Position numbers and translations under genes: made by a program
Source of the DNA: Myxococcota bacterium
GTDB taxonomy: Bacteria; Myxococcota_A; Polyangia; Polyangiales; Sandaracinaceae
Assembly: GCA_036149055.1 (NCBI GenBank)
Contig: JAYZQJ010000274.1
Coordinates: 1-17,429 of the forward strand
Length of the DNA stretch: 17,429 nt
Direction: 5' to 3'
Notes under the pieces: model-generated
What the model saw: the letters and a program-made list of their open reading frames with translations, nothing else
Database searches by the model: none
What the model was told of the DNA's origin: nothing
Shown here: piece by piece, positions 1 to 10,734 of the stretch
Position numbering within the stretch: position 1 is the first letter of the stretch
Layout of the letters: each line of letters starts with the position of its first letter

Positions 1-1029
1 GTGACCCAGGGGCGAGCCCTCGACGAAGGCGTAGCCGACGCCGATCGTCCGGTACGACGGGTTCATGATGTTGCGGCAGTGGCCGGGGCTCTCCATCCAG
101 GCGCGGACCACGTCGGCCGGGGTCGTCTGACCGGCGGCGATGTTCTCGCCCCAGGGGGAGTCGCCGGCGAAGCCCGCGTAGCGCATGCGGTCGGCGAAGG
201 TGCACGGATCGGCGGCGCCGTCGCAGGGGGCGCCGTCGAGGCTGTCGTGCTCGAAGTAGGCCAGCTCGCCCATGTCGGAGCTGTGAGCGCGGGCCGCCTG
301 CCGGATGAGCGCGTCCATCTCGAGGGGGCCGGCCGGCTCGAAGGGCTCACCGCCGCAGGTCGCGCCCGCCGCGCGCTCCTGGTTGGTCAGCTCGAGGACC
401 TCCCACTCGAAGTCCTGCCAGGGCGCCGGCCAGTCGTCCCCGCTGCAGTCGATGCTGAAGCAGTCCGGGTCGTCGCAGTCCGCCTGACCGTCCTGGTCGT
501 TGTCGATGCCGTCGTCGCAGATCTGCTCCTGGGTGCCGATGTTCAGCACCACGTTGCCCATCTCGCGCTCGCTGTAGCCGTCGACGACGATGAGCACCGT
601 CTGACAGGCCTCGAGCTCGACGCTCACCTTCGAGCGGTTCTCCTCGCCGCGGGAGATGTCGTCGTTGCACTCCATCACCGTCGCGCCGCCGCAGTCGGTG
701 CGGACCGAGAGCACGGTGTCGAAGTCCGAGCCGAGGGTGTCGATCTCGTAGAACCCGGCCTCGGGCGCGGTGAACATGAAGGTCACGTCGCGCCCGCCCG
801 GCCCGGCCGCGCAGGTCTGCCCGAAGCTGTCGCGGGCGCCCACCGTGGTCGCCGTCATGCGGACGGGGACCGACGTGATCTGATCGGCCGCGCACTCCAC
901 CGGCTCCACCGGGTCGCACATCGCCGGCGGTGGCGTCGAGCCGTCGCCCCCATCGGGGACTCGCCCGTCGTCACAGCCAAAGGCGACTCCACACAGAGCC
1001 GCCACCCAGAGCCATCGGTGGCGCAGCAT
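1..1029 (-). CDS. Lipoprotein with PPC-like beta domain and C-terminal CAP/SCP domain (3' end runs off the window)
   Basis: Manual translation, antisense to the 1..1062 + ORF. ATG at 1029 gives MLRHRWLWVAALCGVAFGC (lipobox). It continues with DVTFMFTAP..GSDFDTVLSV..CNDD..LIVVDGY, a CDDGIDNDQDGQADCDDPDC Cys/Asp motif, and CAP motifs VLELTNQERA, AARAHSSDM..YFEH, GENIAAG, WMESPGHCRNIMNP..IGVG. There is no stop inside the window, which explains its absence from the ORF track. Confidence 0.9.
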   Translation of the reverse strand, partial: MLRHRWLWVAALCGVAFGCDDGRVPDGGDGSTPPPAMCDPVEPVECAADQITSVPVRMTATTVGARDSFGQTCAAGPGGRDVTFMFTAPEAGFYEIDTLGSDFDTVLSVRTDCGGATVMECNDDISRGEENRSKVSVELEACQTVLIVVDGYSEREMGNVVLNIGTQEQICDDGIDNDQDGQADCDDPDCFSIDCSGDDWPAPWQDFEWEVLELTNQERAAGATCGGEPFEPAGPLEMDALIRQAARAHSSDMGELAYFEHDSLDGAPCDGAADPCTFADRMRYAGFAGDSPWGENIAAGQTTPADVVRAWMESPGHCRNIMNPSYRTIGVGYAFVEGSPLGH

Positions 1030-1086
1030 GGGCGACAACATAGCGGCAAGACCCCGGGGTGACACGTGAGACCGTACGAGATCTTC

Positions 1087-1713
1087 TCACTCGCCCCAGA
1101 GCTCGCGGAGGCGGGCGTCTCTTCCGCATCCACTTCGATAAGTACGGTACCGGACGGGGTGGGTCCGGTAGAAGTCCTGGTGGTAGTCCTCGGCCACCCA
1201 GAACGTCGCGCTCGGCTCGATGCGGGTCGCGATCGGCCGGTCGCGCTCGCGCCGGAGGCGCTCCAGCGACGCCTGGGCGAGGCGCCGCTGCTCGGCGTTC
1301 ACCGGGAAGATGGCGGTGCGGTACTGGTCGCCGTGATCGCAGAACTGCCCGTCGCGCTGGAACGGGTCGATGTTGCGCCAGAAGACCTCGAGCAGCCGCT
1401 CGTAGCCGATGACGTCGGGATCGTAGACGACGCGCACCGCCTCGGCGTGGCCGGTCCCTCCGCGCGAGACCTGCTCGTAGCTCGGGCCCTCGACCCGGCC
1501 GCCGATGTAGCCCGAGGTCACGCTCGCGACGCCGTCGAGCCGCTCGAACGGGTGCTCCATGCACCAGAAGCAGCCGCCCGCGAAGATGGCCTCCGCCTGG
1601 CCGTCGGCGAGCGCCGGCGCCCGTGGCGTGTGGCCGCCCGACTGGGCGGAGGTGGAGGTGCTCGAGCAGGCGCCGAGCACGAGGACGAGGACCGAGATCA
1701 ACGAGCGTCGCAT
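1087..1713 (-). CDS. msrA: Peptide-methionine (S)-S-oxide reductase MsrA with lipoprotein-type signal
   Basis: AIFAGGCFWCME active-site motif, SGYIGG, GHAEAV, QFCDHGDQYRTAIF and AEDYHQDFY; N-terminus MRRSLISVLVLVLGAC. Confidence 0.96.
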   Translation of the reverse strand: MRRSLISVLVLVLGACSSTSTSAQSGGHTPRAPALADGQAEAIFAGGCFWCMEHPFERLDGVASVTSGYIGGRVEGPSYEQVSRGGTGHAEAVRVVYDPDVIGYERLLEVFWRNIDPFQRDGQFCDHGDQYRTAIFPVNAEQRRLAQASLERLRRERDRPIATRIEPSATFWVAEDYHQDFYRTHPVRYRTYRSGCGRDARLRELWGE

Positions 1714-1881
1714 CGCATCGACCTATGTGGATCCAGGGCGCGCGTTACGCCGGTGCGTCGGAAGTGAGGCCGCTCACGCCACTCGGGATCGCGTTGATCA
1801 CTTTCCCGTCGGGCCGCGCACGGGTCGGTCGAGGAGGCCACGATGCTCTTTCCCGACCTCGGCTGAGCTCCACCAGAGCGT

Positions 1882-2859
1882 TCAATCGGATCCGCGCCGC
1901 GCTTCGCGACGAGCTCGGATCCTCTCGCGTCGCTGGCGAGCGCGCGCACGACGCTGACGGGCGCGCCGCGCCGCCCGGGCCCGCTGACGGGCCGCCTGAC
2001 GACGATAGGCGCGACGCTGCCGCGCTCGCATGCGGCGGATCCCCGGCGTGGGGGGCGCCGGATCGCCGACGTACCAGTCGTGGTAGGGCGGCTCGTCCAC
2101 GCACTCCGGCCGGTCGTCGACCGGGCAGTAGATGCGGACGTGGAAGTGGCTGCGGTGCGAGCGGCTCCCTCGATGCGGCTCGGTCGCGACGCGGACTCGC
2201 TCCAGCAGCGCCGGGTCGACGCTGCGCCGCTCCCCCTCCTCGAGCGCGCGCCGGCGGATGTCGGGCGCGACGAGGATGTACTGGACGACCGTCGTCGGGT
2301 CGCTCACCAGCGCGGCGAGCAGATCCCAGTTCCGGGCCGGGTCGAAGCAGTAGCGCGTCTCGCCGATCCGCCCGCAGCCGTTGCGGCGCAGGTTCACGAA
2401 GCGGTCCGGCTCGGCCGGCTCGCCGTCCTCGTCCAGCAGGTAGAAGCCCAGGTCGGCGTCGCGCCCCGAGCGGTGGGAGCGGTGCGGGTGCAGTCGCCCT
2501 CCCCGCTCTCGCGAGAGGTCGCCCACCACCAGCCGGGGCCCCGGGTGCGCGAGCGAGACCCGGGCCGCGGCGCGCTGGATGAGCCCGACGAGCTCCGCCG
2601 TCCCGTGCTGGGCCGCGCGCCGGCTCTCGCGGATGAAGAGGTGCGGCGTGGGCTCGAGCTGCACCGAGTCCCGGAGGCGGCCCCGGTCCGGGACCCCGAT
2701 GGAGTGGCTCGGCGACCCGTCCTCGTCCCGGCTCTCCTGGGCCACCTGCGGCTCGGACACGGTGGACGTCAGCACGGTCTGGGCGCCCGCGGCGGCGGGG
2801 AGCCCGACGATCGCGAGCGCGATCAGCGGAGCGGCCGTGCGTCTCACTGCGACGAACAT
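1882..2859 (-). CDS. Penicillin-insensitive murein endopeptidase family protein (MepA-like, LAS-type Zn peptidase), secreted
   Basis: Signal peptide (..LIALAIVGLPAAAGA-Q). Motifs SIGVPDRGRL, HGTAELV, VVGDLSRERGG, HRSHRSGRDADLGFY (HxSHxxGxDxD) and HRSHFHVRIYC (HxH). Arg-rich C-terminal tail. Confidence 0.85.
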   Translation of the reverse strand: MFVAVRRTAAPLIALAIVGLPAAAGAQTVLTSTVSEPQVAQESRDEDGSPSHSIGVPDRGRLRDSVQLEPTPHLFIRESRRAAQHGTAELVGLIQRAAARVSLAHPGPRLVVGDLSRERGGRLHPHRSHRSGRDADLGFYLLDEDGEPAEPDRFVNLRRNGCGRIGETRYCFDPARNWDLLAALVSDPTTVVQYILVAPDIRRRALEEGERRSVDPALLERVRVATEPHRGSRSHRSHFHVRIYCPVDDRPECVDEPPYHDWYVGDPAPPTPGIRRMRARQRRAYRRQAARQRARAARRARQRRARARQRRERIRARREARRGSD

Positions 2860-2916
2860 CGAGCGGGCAGTGTCACAGGACTGGCCGGGGATCGCAAAGC
2901 CGGGGATCCTCGGCCC

Positions 2917-3340
2917 ATGCGGCCCCTCCTGCTCGTCGCCCTGCTGCTCGCCGGCTGCGACCCGATCGAGGTCGGCGCCGGCCCCGCGCCCACGCCGCCC
3001 CCTCCCCCGCCGGTGGTCGACCCGGGAGACGCGCCGTGTGAGACCCTGAGTCGGGAGGCCTGCCGACGCTCCCTCGTCTGCACCCTGGACGCGCCCCGCG
3101 CCGCCGCCGCCGACCGCTACGTCTGCCGGCCGGCGAGCGGCAACTGCGAGGTCGGTCTCCGGCAGCTCGAGGACGACGCCGACCGCTGCGCCGACCGGAC
3201 CGGCTGCCTCTGGCGCGACGGCCCCTGCTACTGCGCGTGCCGGGGCGCCGGCCGCACCGCGGTCGCCGACGGAGACGAGCTCCCCGACTGCGACTGCGAG
3301 TGCGGCGGCGGGCCGCCTCCGGGCTGCGCGCCCCGCGACG

Positions 3341-3354
<14 letters not shown>
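2917..3354 (+). CDS. Small Cys-rich lipoprotein, unknown function (145 aa)
   Basis: ATG at 2917 lies inside the 2080..3354 ORF and gives [14 protein letters not shown] (lipobox), a Pro linker and 14 further Cys. The upstream part of that ORF is only the antisense shadow of the MepA-like gene. Confidence 0.8.
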
Positions 3355-6271
<2,917 letters not shown>

Positions 6272-6315
6272 GGGTGTGCCAGGGTGAGTCGACGGGACCC
6301 CCCTGGGTTTCCAGT

Positions 6316-6331
6316 AACACGAGCCGTGCCA
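6316..6331 (-). promoter_or_regulatory. Putative sigma54 (-24/-12) promoter of the Cys-rich repeat lipoprotein gene
   Basis: Minus strand reads TGGCACGGCTCGTGTT. The -24 element TGGCACG is perfect, but the -12 position has GT instead of GC. It lies about 45 nt upstream of the ATG. Confidence 0.45.
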
Positions 6332-6333
6332 TG

Positions 6334-6963
6334 TCACCCGCCGAGGGCAGCGAGCCGGCGCTCGAGCGCGTCGAGCCGGGGCCCGACGACCCGCTCGACG
6401 TACTTGGCCATGACGTCGACCTCGAAGTTCGCGACGTAGCCGGGCGACGCGGCGCCGAACACCACGTGGTCCTGGGTGTGCGGGACGAGGGTCACGCTGA
6501 AGCCGGCCGCGTCGGTCTCCACCACGGTCAGCGACGCGCCGTCCACCGTCACGTAGCCCTTGGGCACCACGTACTTCAGCAGCGCCTCGGGCGCGTCGAA
6601 CCACATCTCCCTGGCGTCGCCGTCCGGCGCGACCGCGCGCACCGTGATCGTCGCGTCCACGTGCCCCTGCACGTAGTGCCCGCCCATCGGCCGCTCCGCG
6701 GTGGCCGCGCGCTCGAGGTTCACCGGGGAGCCGACCTCGAGCTGCCCGAGGTTGGTGCGCCGCAGCGTCTCGGGCACCGCCTCGAAGCTCAGGCGGGCGT
6801 CCTCGATGGCGACCACGGTCAGGCAGACCCCGTTGACGGCGATGCTGTCGCCGATCTGGGCGCGGTGCTGGACGACGGCGCCCTCGGTGGTGAGGCGCAC
6901 GAGCGCGTCCCGCTTCTCGATGGCGGCCACGCGGCCGATCTCCTCGACGATGCCGGTGAACAT
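6334..6963 (-). CDS. ribE: Riboflavin synthase alpha chain
   Basis: Diagnostic N-terminus MFTGIVEE, plus [42 protein letters not shown] and [10 protein letters not shown]. Called ribC in E. coli nomenclature. Confidence 0.97.
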   Translation of the reverse strand: MFTGIVEEIGRVAAIEKRDALVRLTTEGAVVQHRAQIGDSIAVNGVCLTVVAIEDARLSFEAVPETLRRTNLGQLEVGSPVNLERAATAERPMGGHYVQGHVDATITVRAVAPDGDAREMWFDAPEALLKYVVPKGYVTVDGASLTVVETDAAGFSVTLVPHTQDHVVFGAASPGYVANFEVDVMAKYVERVVGPRLDALERRLAALGG

Positions 6964-6978
6964 GCGCGGACTATGGGC

Positions 6979-8070
6979 TCAGGGGCGGAACCGCAGCAAC
7001 CGGTAGGGGGCCGGCGGGTCGGGCGTGCGATGAATCTGCGAGGTGGTGACGTAGACCGAGCCGTCGGGCGCGGCGGCCAGGCTGTCCGGCCAGGCGAGGC
7101 GCGGATCGCGCACCAGCGTCTCGGTCGCGCCGCTCGCCGGATCGAGCGCCAGGAGCGCGCCCGCCTCCAGGCTGGTGATCCACACCCGACGGTCGGGGCC
7201 GAAGAGCAGCCCGTCCGCCGGCCCCGCGCTGGCCACGACCTCGATCGCCGCCGCCGCCGCCTCGTCACCCTCCGCGAGCGCCGCGACCGGCACCCGGAAG
7301 AGCCGCCGGCCGGTGAGGCACTGGTAGTAGAGGACGCCTCCCCGGGCGTCGAGCGCGATGCCGTCGGCGTGGATCCGGGGCGGCTCCCCGTCGCGAAGCC
7401 ACGGCTCGCCGTCGATGCGCAGGGTCAGGTCGGGCTCGGCCTGGGTCGAGTCGTGCCCGTCGAGCAGCCGCCGCGCCGCGCCGGTCTCGAGGTCGACCAC
7501 CACGAGGGCGCCGTCGCCGGAGTCGGTCAGGTACGCGCGCCGCGCGTCGACGTCGAAGCGCACGTCGTTGAGGTAGGAGCTCGCGGTGATCGCGGGCGCC
7601 GCGAACGCGATCCGGGTCAGCTCGGCGCCGGACTCGGGATCGAACGCGACCAGCTTCGGGGCCCCCTCGATGACCCCACCGAAGCGCGGGTTGCCGGTGT
7701 CGAGCACCCACACGCGGCCGGCCCCGTCGGCGACCACGGACTGCACCGCCACCCAGCGCTCGGCCACCGGCTCGCCTTCGCTCCAGGCGTTCCAGGCCTC
7801 GTCCGGGAACGGCCGCGGCGCGCCGTCCTCGATCCGCGCGACCGACACCGGCACGTCGTCGGACCAGCGCGGGTAGCTCACGAACACCCGCCCGCCCTCG
7901 GTGACCGCGACCCCGGTCCACTGGCGGTCGGACTCGGCCACGACCTCGAGGCGCGGATCCTCGGCCTCTGCCGCGGGTGAGGCGGCCCCGGGGGAGGCGC
8001 TCGCGGCCGGCGTCGTCGCGCTGGAGCCGCCGCAGCCGGCGAGGAGGAGGGCGAAGGCGAGTCGTCGCAT
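6979..8070 (-). CDS. Yellow / major royal jelly protein (L-dopachrome tautomerase-related) beta-propeller lipoprotein
   Basis: Lipobox LLLAGC. Motifs TGVAV..GRVFVSYPRW, VAVQSVVADGAGRVWVLDTG, PKLVAFD, SYLNDVRFD, AYLTDSG, ADGIALD and WPDSL are typical of bacterial MRJP-family proteins. Confidence 0.85.
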   Translation of the reverse strand: MRRLAFALLLAGCGGSSATTPAASASPGAASPAAEAEDPRLEVVAESDRQWTGVAVTEGGRVFVSYPRWSDDVPVSVARIEDGAPRPFPDEAWNAWSEGEPVAERWVAVQSVVADGAGRVWVLDTGNPRFGGVIEGAPKLVAFDPESGAELTRIAFAAPAITASSYLNDVRFDVDARRAYLTDSGDGALVVVDLETGAARRLLDGHDSTQAEPDLTLRIDGEPWLRDGEPPRIHADGIALDARGGVLYYQCLTGRRLFRVPVAALAEGDEAAAAAIEVVASAGPADGLLFGPDRRVWITSLEAGALLALDPASGATETLVRDPRLAWPDSLAAAPDGSVYVTTSQIHRTPDPPAPYRLLRFRP

Positions 8071-8108
8071 GGGCCGGAGCTAAGGCCCGGAGCCCGGCGC
8101 GGCCACCC

Positions 8109-9131
8109 TCAATCGCGCGCGAGCGCGGGCTGGAGCGCCGGGGCCTCGGCGTGCATGGACCGGCGCGTGGCCCACACGACGACGCCGACGCAGCCGGCGG
8201 CGATCGCCCAGCCGATCGGCACGTACCACCACTCCTCGAGCACGCTGGGCTGCTCGGCGGGCAGGTAACGCGAGCCGAGCACGGCGGCGGCGTTGTTGGC
8301 GATGTGCGCGACGACGGGCACGTAGAGGCTGTTCGTCCGGTACCCCAGCCACGCGAGGTAGAAGCCGAGCGGCAGCACGGCCGCCACGTGGTGCGGGTCC
8401 ATGTGATAGGCGGCGAAGAGCACCGCCGAGAGCACCAGGGCGAGCCGCGGGGCCGCGATGCTGCGCTGGAACATGCCCCGGAAGAGCGTCTCCTCGGCGA
8501 TGCCGGGCACGAACGCCATCGCGGGCACGATGGCCCAGAGCGGCGCCGAGCGCGCCACCTCGTTGAGGGCCTCGAGGCTCCCGAAGGTCCAGCCGGGCGC
8601 CAGCTCCTGCATCAGGGTGCGCGCGAGGTCGCTGGTGGGCCCGAGGGCGAGGATGCCGAGCGGCGCCGCGATGAACACCGGCCAGGGAGCCCCGCGGAGC
8701 CCGAGGGCGGTCTTCAGGCGCGCCTTGGCCAGCCATGGGGTGCCGACCCCGACCAGGAACATGGTGAGGCCGGTGAGGAAGATCGACGGTCCGAGCACCC
8801 AGAACGAGCCGAGCAGCTCCGCCTGGATCGTGACCGGGTCGGTGCCCTGGCCGCTCGCGACCATCCAGACCGCGCCGGCGACGAACGCGGCCGCGCCGGC
8901 GAGCTGGGCGGCGATGCCCCCGACGACGAGCGCGACCCCGCCCTGCCAGGCCTCGATGCGATCCTTGCCGGTCTTGCGGCGGCAGGCGGCGCAGGCGCCG
9001 GCGGCGTCACCTCGCGCGGCCGGGTCGAGGCATCGCTCGCAGACGTTGTCGCCGCAGCGCGCGCAGGTCCCGTGGGCCCGGGCGTGCGGGTGCGCGGCGC
9101 AGAGCGCGTCGGCGGCGTCGGAGGTCTGCAC
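8109..9131 (-). CDS. CPBP (Abi/CAAX protease) family intramembrane metalloprotease with N-terminal Zn-finger
   Basis: EETLFRG, FAAYH and AHIANN CPBP motifs; several hydrophobic helices; N-terminal CxxH..CxxC..CxxC..CxxC. The GTG start is uncertain. Confidence 0.85.
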   Translation of the reverse strand: MQTSDAADALCAAHPHARAHGTCARCGDNVCERCLDPAARGDAAGACAACRRKTGKDRIEAWQGGVALVVGGIAAQLAGAAAFVAGAVWMVASGQGTDPVTIQAELLGSFWVLGPSIFLTGLTMFLVGVGTPWLAKARLKTALGLRGAPWPVFIAAPLGILALGPTSDLARTLMQELAPGWTFGSLEALNEVARSAPLWAIVPAMAFVPGIAEETLFRGMFQRSIAAPRLALVLSAVLFAAYHMDPHHVAAVLPLGFYLAWLGYRTNSLYVPVVAHIANNAAAVLGSRYLPAEQPSVLEEWWYVPIGWAIAAGCVGVVVWATRRSMHAEAPALQPALARD

Positions 9132-9191
9132 GTGTTCGGAGATGTGGCACCCACCCGGGCCGCCGTCGAGCGCCGCCCGTCCGCAGCGATG

Positions 9192-9482
9192 TCAGCGGTG
9201 GCAGGGCGGAGCGTCGGCGACGTCGGCCGCCGGCTCGGGCGTGGCCTCCGCCGGCGCTCGGCTCGAGTAAGGGCACGGCTCGGTCTGCTGGGCCGCGCCG
9301 GAGCACGGCGACGCCGACGAGGGGCAGCCGCCGAGCCAGCACGCCCCGAGCTGCAGCGCGGTGAGGGTGCCGAGCACGAGCACCGCGAACGCGAACAGCC
9401 GGGTGCGGGGGTGGGTCTGCGTCCAGCGCAGCTTCACGTACTGGCCGAACAGGCCGAGGAGGGTCTTCGCACGCTTCGCCAT
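9192..9482 (-). CDS. Small hypothetical membrane protein (96 aa)
   Basis: ATG at 9482 gives MAKRAKTLLGLFGQYVKLRW, then one hydrophobic segment (LFAFAVLVLGTLTALQLGAC) and a Cys/Pro-rich tail. A TACCCT box lies 7 nt upstream and the gene fills the intergenic gap cleanly. Confidence 0.6.
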   Translation of the reverse strand: MAKRAKTLLGLFGQYVKLRWTQTHPRTRLFAFAVLVLGTLTALQLGACWLGGCPSSASPCSGAAQQTEPCPYSSRAPAEATPEPAADVADAPPCHR

Positions 9483-9542
9483 GCCGGAGAGGGTAAGGCC
9501 ACCTCGGGCCCTCGACCAGCGGAGCGGCGGCGACGGAAAGGC

Positions 9543-9578
9543 GGCGGGGCCCGCCCGGAGAGATGGGCGAGCCCCGCC
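9543..9578 (-). terminator. GC-rich stem-loop, probable terminator of the Kazal-domain gene
   Basis: Minus strand GGCGGGGCTCGCCC-ATCTCTCC-GGGCGGGCCCCGCC forms a 14-bp stem whose single mismatch is a G-U pair only on the minus strand. It is followed by GCCTTT and begins 37 nt after the stop. Confidence 0.6.
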
Positions 9579-9615
9579 TGTGGGTGTGATGAGGTGAGAT
9601 GGAGATCGAAATCCG

Positions 9616-10683
9616 TCAGCGCGCCGCGCACTCGCAGATCTCGCAGCCGCTCGGGTCGCGGGCGAGCACGCAGTCGATGTCGCACGCGAGCGGCGGGCAC
9701 ATGCCGGGCGGCGGGTCCGACGGGGGTGGAGCGCAGCTGCAGAGCGGGCAGCCGTGCGCGTCGAGCTCGTGGCCGTACTCGCAGTAGATCTCGCAGGCCA
9801 CCGGCAGGCAGGCCATGCGCGGCAGGCAGACGCCATCGCCCGGGGCGCCGGTCTCGTCGCAGATCTCGTGGTGGCAGTAGTCGCCCGGCGCGCAGTCCCC
9901 GTCCGAGACGCAGCCGCCCGGCTCGTGACGCGGCACGCAGACGCCGCTCATCGGGCCGCCCGGCACCTCGCACATCGCCCCCGGCGGGCACGGCTCCCCG
10001 GCGTCGAAGGCGCACTCCTCGTCCGGCCCGCAGTCGGCGTCGGAGCGGCACTCGCTCGGGCCCGGCACCGGCACGCAGATCCCGGTGGCCGGCGCCCAGT
10101 AGGCGCAGGGCTCACCCTCGGGGCAGTAGGGGTCCATGTCGTAGAGGCAGATCTCTCCCGCGCCGCAGTCTTCGTCGGTGAAGCACCACGGCTCCGGGTC
10201 GGGCTCGCACACGCCCTCGCAGGCGATGGCCGGGCAGGCCATGCCCTCGGGGCACTCGGGGCAACCGTCGAAGACGCAGTGGGCGCCAGCGCCGCACTGG
10301 TCGTCGGTCCAGCACCCGGGGCGCGGCGGCTCGGGCTCGCAGATCCCGTAGCAGACGGCCGGGCAGACCTCGCCGGCCGGACAGCCGCTGTGACACTCGT
10401 CGTGGTTGCAGCGCTCGCCGGCGCCGCACTCGTCGTCACCGAAGCAGAGCTGCGGCTCGGGGCGGCACTCGCCCTCGTGCGCGATCGGGACGCCGGCGCA
10501 GTCCGCCTCGCAGCGGTTCCCGTAGGTCACGCCATCGACGCCGCAGACCGGGGCGTAGATGTCCGCGCACACGCAGCCGGGCGGCTCGGGCTCGGGGTTG
10601 CACTCCCGAGCGCCGCCGAGGAGCGGGACGGTGACCACGGCGAGGAGCGCCAACCATGCATGTCTGTTCGAAGCCATCTTCAT
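9616..10683 (-). CDS. Secreted Cys-rich protein: Kazal domain, five CxxDxxC modules and two antistasin-like repeats (about 355 aa)
   Basis: ATG at 10683 (or 10677) is preceded by purine-rich GGAAAGGT. Hydrophobic signal, Kazal CADIYAPVCGVDGVTYGNRCEADC..HEGEC, and C-terminal C..C...C..G...D..GC..C.C repeats. Confidence 0.85.
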   Translation of the reverse strand: MKMASNRHAWLALLAVVTVPLLGGARECNPEPEPPGCVCADIYAPVCGVDGVTYGNRCEADCAGVPIAHEGECRPEPQLCFGDDECGAGERCNHDECHSGCPAGEVCPAVCYGICEPEPPRPGCWTDDQCGAGAHCVFDGCPECPEGMACPAIACEGVCEPDPEPWCFTDEDCGAGEICLYDMDPYCPEGEPCAYWAPATGICVPVPGPSECRSDADCGPDEECAFDAGEPCPPGAMCEVPGGPMSGVCVPRHEPGGCVSDGDCAPGDYCHHEICDETGAPGDGVCLPRMACLPVACEIYCEYGHELDAHGCPLCSCAPPPSDPPPGMCPPLACDIDCVLARDPSGCEICECAAR

Positions 10684-10734
10684 CGATTCTACCTTTCCAG
10701 TTTCCCTTCGACCCGTGTCGCAACCGAAGCGCTT

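Noticed and set aside
1..1062. 353-aa + strand ORF
   Set aside because: In-register antisense shadow of the CAP lipoprotein; no recognisable motifs.
1714..1881. 168-bp gap between msrA and the endopeptidase with a repeated TTTCCCG
   Set aside because: Only a 7-bp repeat, with no convincing ORF, long stem or RNA family signature.
2862..2916. GGGATCGCAAAGCC resembling part of a c-di-GMP-I riboswitch
   Set aside because: It lacks the upstream GGCAAACC..GAAA P2 stem, and the gap is only 57 bp and shared by two divergent promoters.
6272..6604. N-terminal extension of the repeat protein (start at 6604)
   Set aside because: It overlaps ribE on the same strand, and the lipoprotein signal begins at Met 6271.
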